Assembly: GCA_026026165.1 (NCBI GenBank)
Contig: JAPEUD010000014.1
Coordinates: 62,001-126,000 of the forward strand
Direction of reading: 5' to 3'
DNA from: Sarea resinae
Lineage: Eukaryota
DNA: 64,000 nucleotides
Under the pieces are notes generated by a model. That model was not told the origin of the DNA and did not search any database. It saw only the letters and a program-made list of their open reading frames with translations. A program made the position numbers and the translations under genes. Shown piece by piece: positions 61,556 through 64,000 of the stretch; the first letter of the stretch is position 1, and each line of letters starts with the position of its first letter.

Positions 61556-63795
61556 GGCTTGCGTGTGTTGTGGTGGTGGTAGAAGGGAGAGACACTGGGG
61601 GGCAGTGGGGAGAGATGGCAGATGTTGGGACTGGAGGGGGGAGAAGAGTCGGGTGAAGGGTGGAAGAAGTGTAATTAGACTGATCGATAGCTGACAATGA
61701 GGCAGGAGGCTTATCTGATCAGACCTTCAACGGCGATGATAGTGTTGGTGGTGGTGGTGGTGGTGGTGGCGCAAACGACAACAACGGCAGGCACGAGGAT
61801 CCATATAAGCTCTCGAGGCATCAAAACAAAGACGCTGGCAAGTTGGAGAAAGTAACTTCAATGGCTCTCTGGTACCCACGAGAGAGCACGATTGAGAGAG
61901 TATATATAGATGAGCTGGTGACTGACTCTTCCTTTCATGCACGCCTTCTGCTCACCGATCTGTCATGCTCTGCTTCCTGCCTTCCCCTTGCAGGCATCGC
62001 GCAAGCCTGAATCGTGAGAACTTGTGGATACACGGAGACACACCAAGGGCGCAATGTTAGGTCAGAGTAGAGTAGAGTAGATAGTGGGCGAGCGGGCGCC
62101 GGACTCGGGCCTTGGAGCCCATTCAGGGTAGTCGTAGCCGGTGCAAGCCGTTCCGAACCGAGTGAGGTGCACTTGAGAGTGGTCGGAATCCATCCTATTG
62201 ATGCTCCAAGGACGGAGCACGAACACTGAGAGATGACGGTGTGGGGTAGGTAGGTCCAGATTCACGACCGAGACCTTCATCCATGCCGTTGTTGCAGGCG
62301 ATTACCAGGTACCTACTTGACCTACATCTTGTTGATCTCAGGGAGGAGCGTACTCGTCGCATCTGGCGTATGATTATCACCTTGGATATTCTTGCACAGT
62401 TGTGATCCGATGGATGTCTACAGCACGCAGTAGGTGGGTGCACATTATCTAGGTTGCTTCGAGGTGGGAGTGAGTGTGTGAGGGCTATAAATGACAGCCC
62501 TGGAGAGTGATCACGGTCATTCATCTCACATCCACAAGGGATTACTCGTTGCAGTTGACTCTGGCTCTCGTTCCATGGATTGATGGAACTTGAAGTATCG
62601 TCGACGAGTATGAGTACCTTACTGGCAGGTATGTCATAGGTCAGTCAGTGGTGGGGCTGTTGCCAGATAAGGTACCTTCCTGTACCGAATCTACATCGAT
62701 GAAGGGAAGTAGTACTCATAGTCGAGTATCGTAGGGGAGGAGGGACGCTGGCGTCCACCACTTCAGGACCGGGCGCTAACTCCCGCCGCTGGTCCTGCAA
62801 AGGCGCGCGCGAGAACGACCTTCTAGTACTATAGTACCTCGTACATGTACATGTAGGTGTTCGAGACGCTCTTACTACAGGTTGCTCTCCGCGTTTGGAA
62901 TTGGCCGCTCTCGATGCGCATCAGATCTTCGGCCATTCATTGTTGTCGGTGCTCCTCTATCCCCACCTGTGCCCTTGCCCGTGAGATGACCTTGGCATCC
63001 ATTCCGCTGCCTCGACTGAATCCCGTCCCTCCAATACCGACCGACCATCCTGCCTACATTACCATCCGACCGCACTGCCCACCCGGTACAGCTGCTGTCG
63101 GCCGCAGAGGCTCGGTCAACTGCGTTAAGGCGTTGCTTGTATTGGATTGATCGATCAAATATGACTGTGCCGCTCCATGCTGCCGCCCTTTGACTGACCC
63201 TCGCCTCCCCGGGCCCGGACTGGGCGCCAAACGGGCCTCAAAACGGGCGTTCATCACTTTCCACTCGGAACGTCGATTATCAGACGACCTCGATGGATGT
63301 CCCGTCCCCCTCCCATCTGTAGTGAATCCTCTGTCTCTTTGCGTTCCTCTTTTTGGATCTGCACTGGTTCCTGTCGTCCCGACTTCATTGCAGCTTTCAT
63401 CGCCTGACACCACACTGAACTCGTCGCTGCCGACCCTGAACTCGGTTTGCGGGTGGGTGCACGACCGTCCTTGATCCAGGCTTGGATCCTGGGTTTCCTG
63501 TCCTCGGTCTCCCATCATTCACCGCCCACTTCCCCGGTCCATTGTCGTCTTTAAGACGGTAGTGATATCTCTCCAATTTCCTCGCTTCCTCATTCCATCT
63601 TTCCATCTTTCCATCTTCCACCATCTATCCTGCTCTTTCGCCGTGGCCCTTTACACTGTGGCCTTTAACACGCCATCTTCTTCCCCCCAGAGAGAACCGT
63701 CGCTCTTCCCTCTTCGCTCTTCACCAGGTCCTACATGACGGTCCGACTTGGCAAACAACTCCGACCACCAAATCCTGGACAACCAAAGGTTCGAG

Positions 63796-64000
63796 ATGCA
63801 GCATCAGATCCCTTCAGGCCGCGAAGTGATCGAAATCGATGATAGCAGCGACGACGAGCCATCTCATCGGAATCCAGAACCGGCCATCTGTCCTCCCCCA
63901 AGGATACCCGACATGTTCAGACCTCAGTCGTCTCCGTTCACCGAGGATGGTTGTCTCACGAAGATTCTCGACGTGATGCCAGACATCTGCCATGACCATG
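63796..64000 (+). CDS. 5' end of a probable RNF216/TRIAD3-like RBR ubiquitin ligase (truncated by window)
   Basis: MQHQIPSGREVIEIDDSSDDE...CLTKILDVMPDICHDH, a SIM-like VIEID plus acidic stretch and a CUE-like start. Open to the window edge. The family call is tentative. Confidence 0.45.
   Translation, partial: MQHQIPSGREVIEIDDSSDDEPSHRNPEPAICPPPRIPDMFRPQSSPFTEDGCLTKILDVMPDICHDH

Overview
Gene-dense genomic DNA from a filamentous ascomycete (Pezizomycotina): short GT-AG introns with RCTRAC-type branch sites and a dispersed 5S gene. About 22 protein-coding genes were recognised from translation, without a database search: the 5' part of the dynein heavy chain, a WDR48/Duf1-like WD40 protein, the SAM carrier PET8, a RING/TRAF protein, ALG3, an eIF1AD-like protein, a three-gene block (aryl-alcohol dehydrogenase, NmrA/isoflavone reductase-like, C2HC+Zn2Cys6 factor), a hemerythrin-like protein, ARO7, MDV1, a Cys-rich TM-SH3 protein, an uncharacterised protein, SNG1-like, ProRS, TCP1, a Bud3-like RhoGEF, DCC1, an LYC1-like GNAT and the start of a probable RBR ligase. 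There is also one 5S rRNA gene and an intron-containing tRNA-Arg(TCT). The one clearly accessory region is a ~7 kb island (about 11.2-18.3 kb) right after the 5S gene. It holds RIP-like decayed intron-bearing gene relics, Ty3/gypsy gag/pol fragments and a possible second 5S 5' fragment. Other patterns worth checking: a candidate Zn2Cys6 regulon motif, a GC-AG intron that completes a zinc finger, local GC3 peaks around microsatellite-rich convergent spacers, and GTAC-dense promoters. Exon boundaries were read by eye. No new system is proven; the findings are hypotheses.
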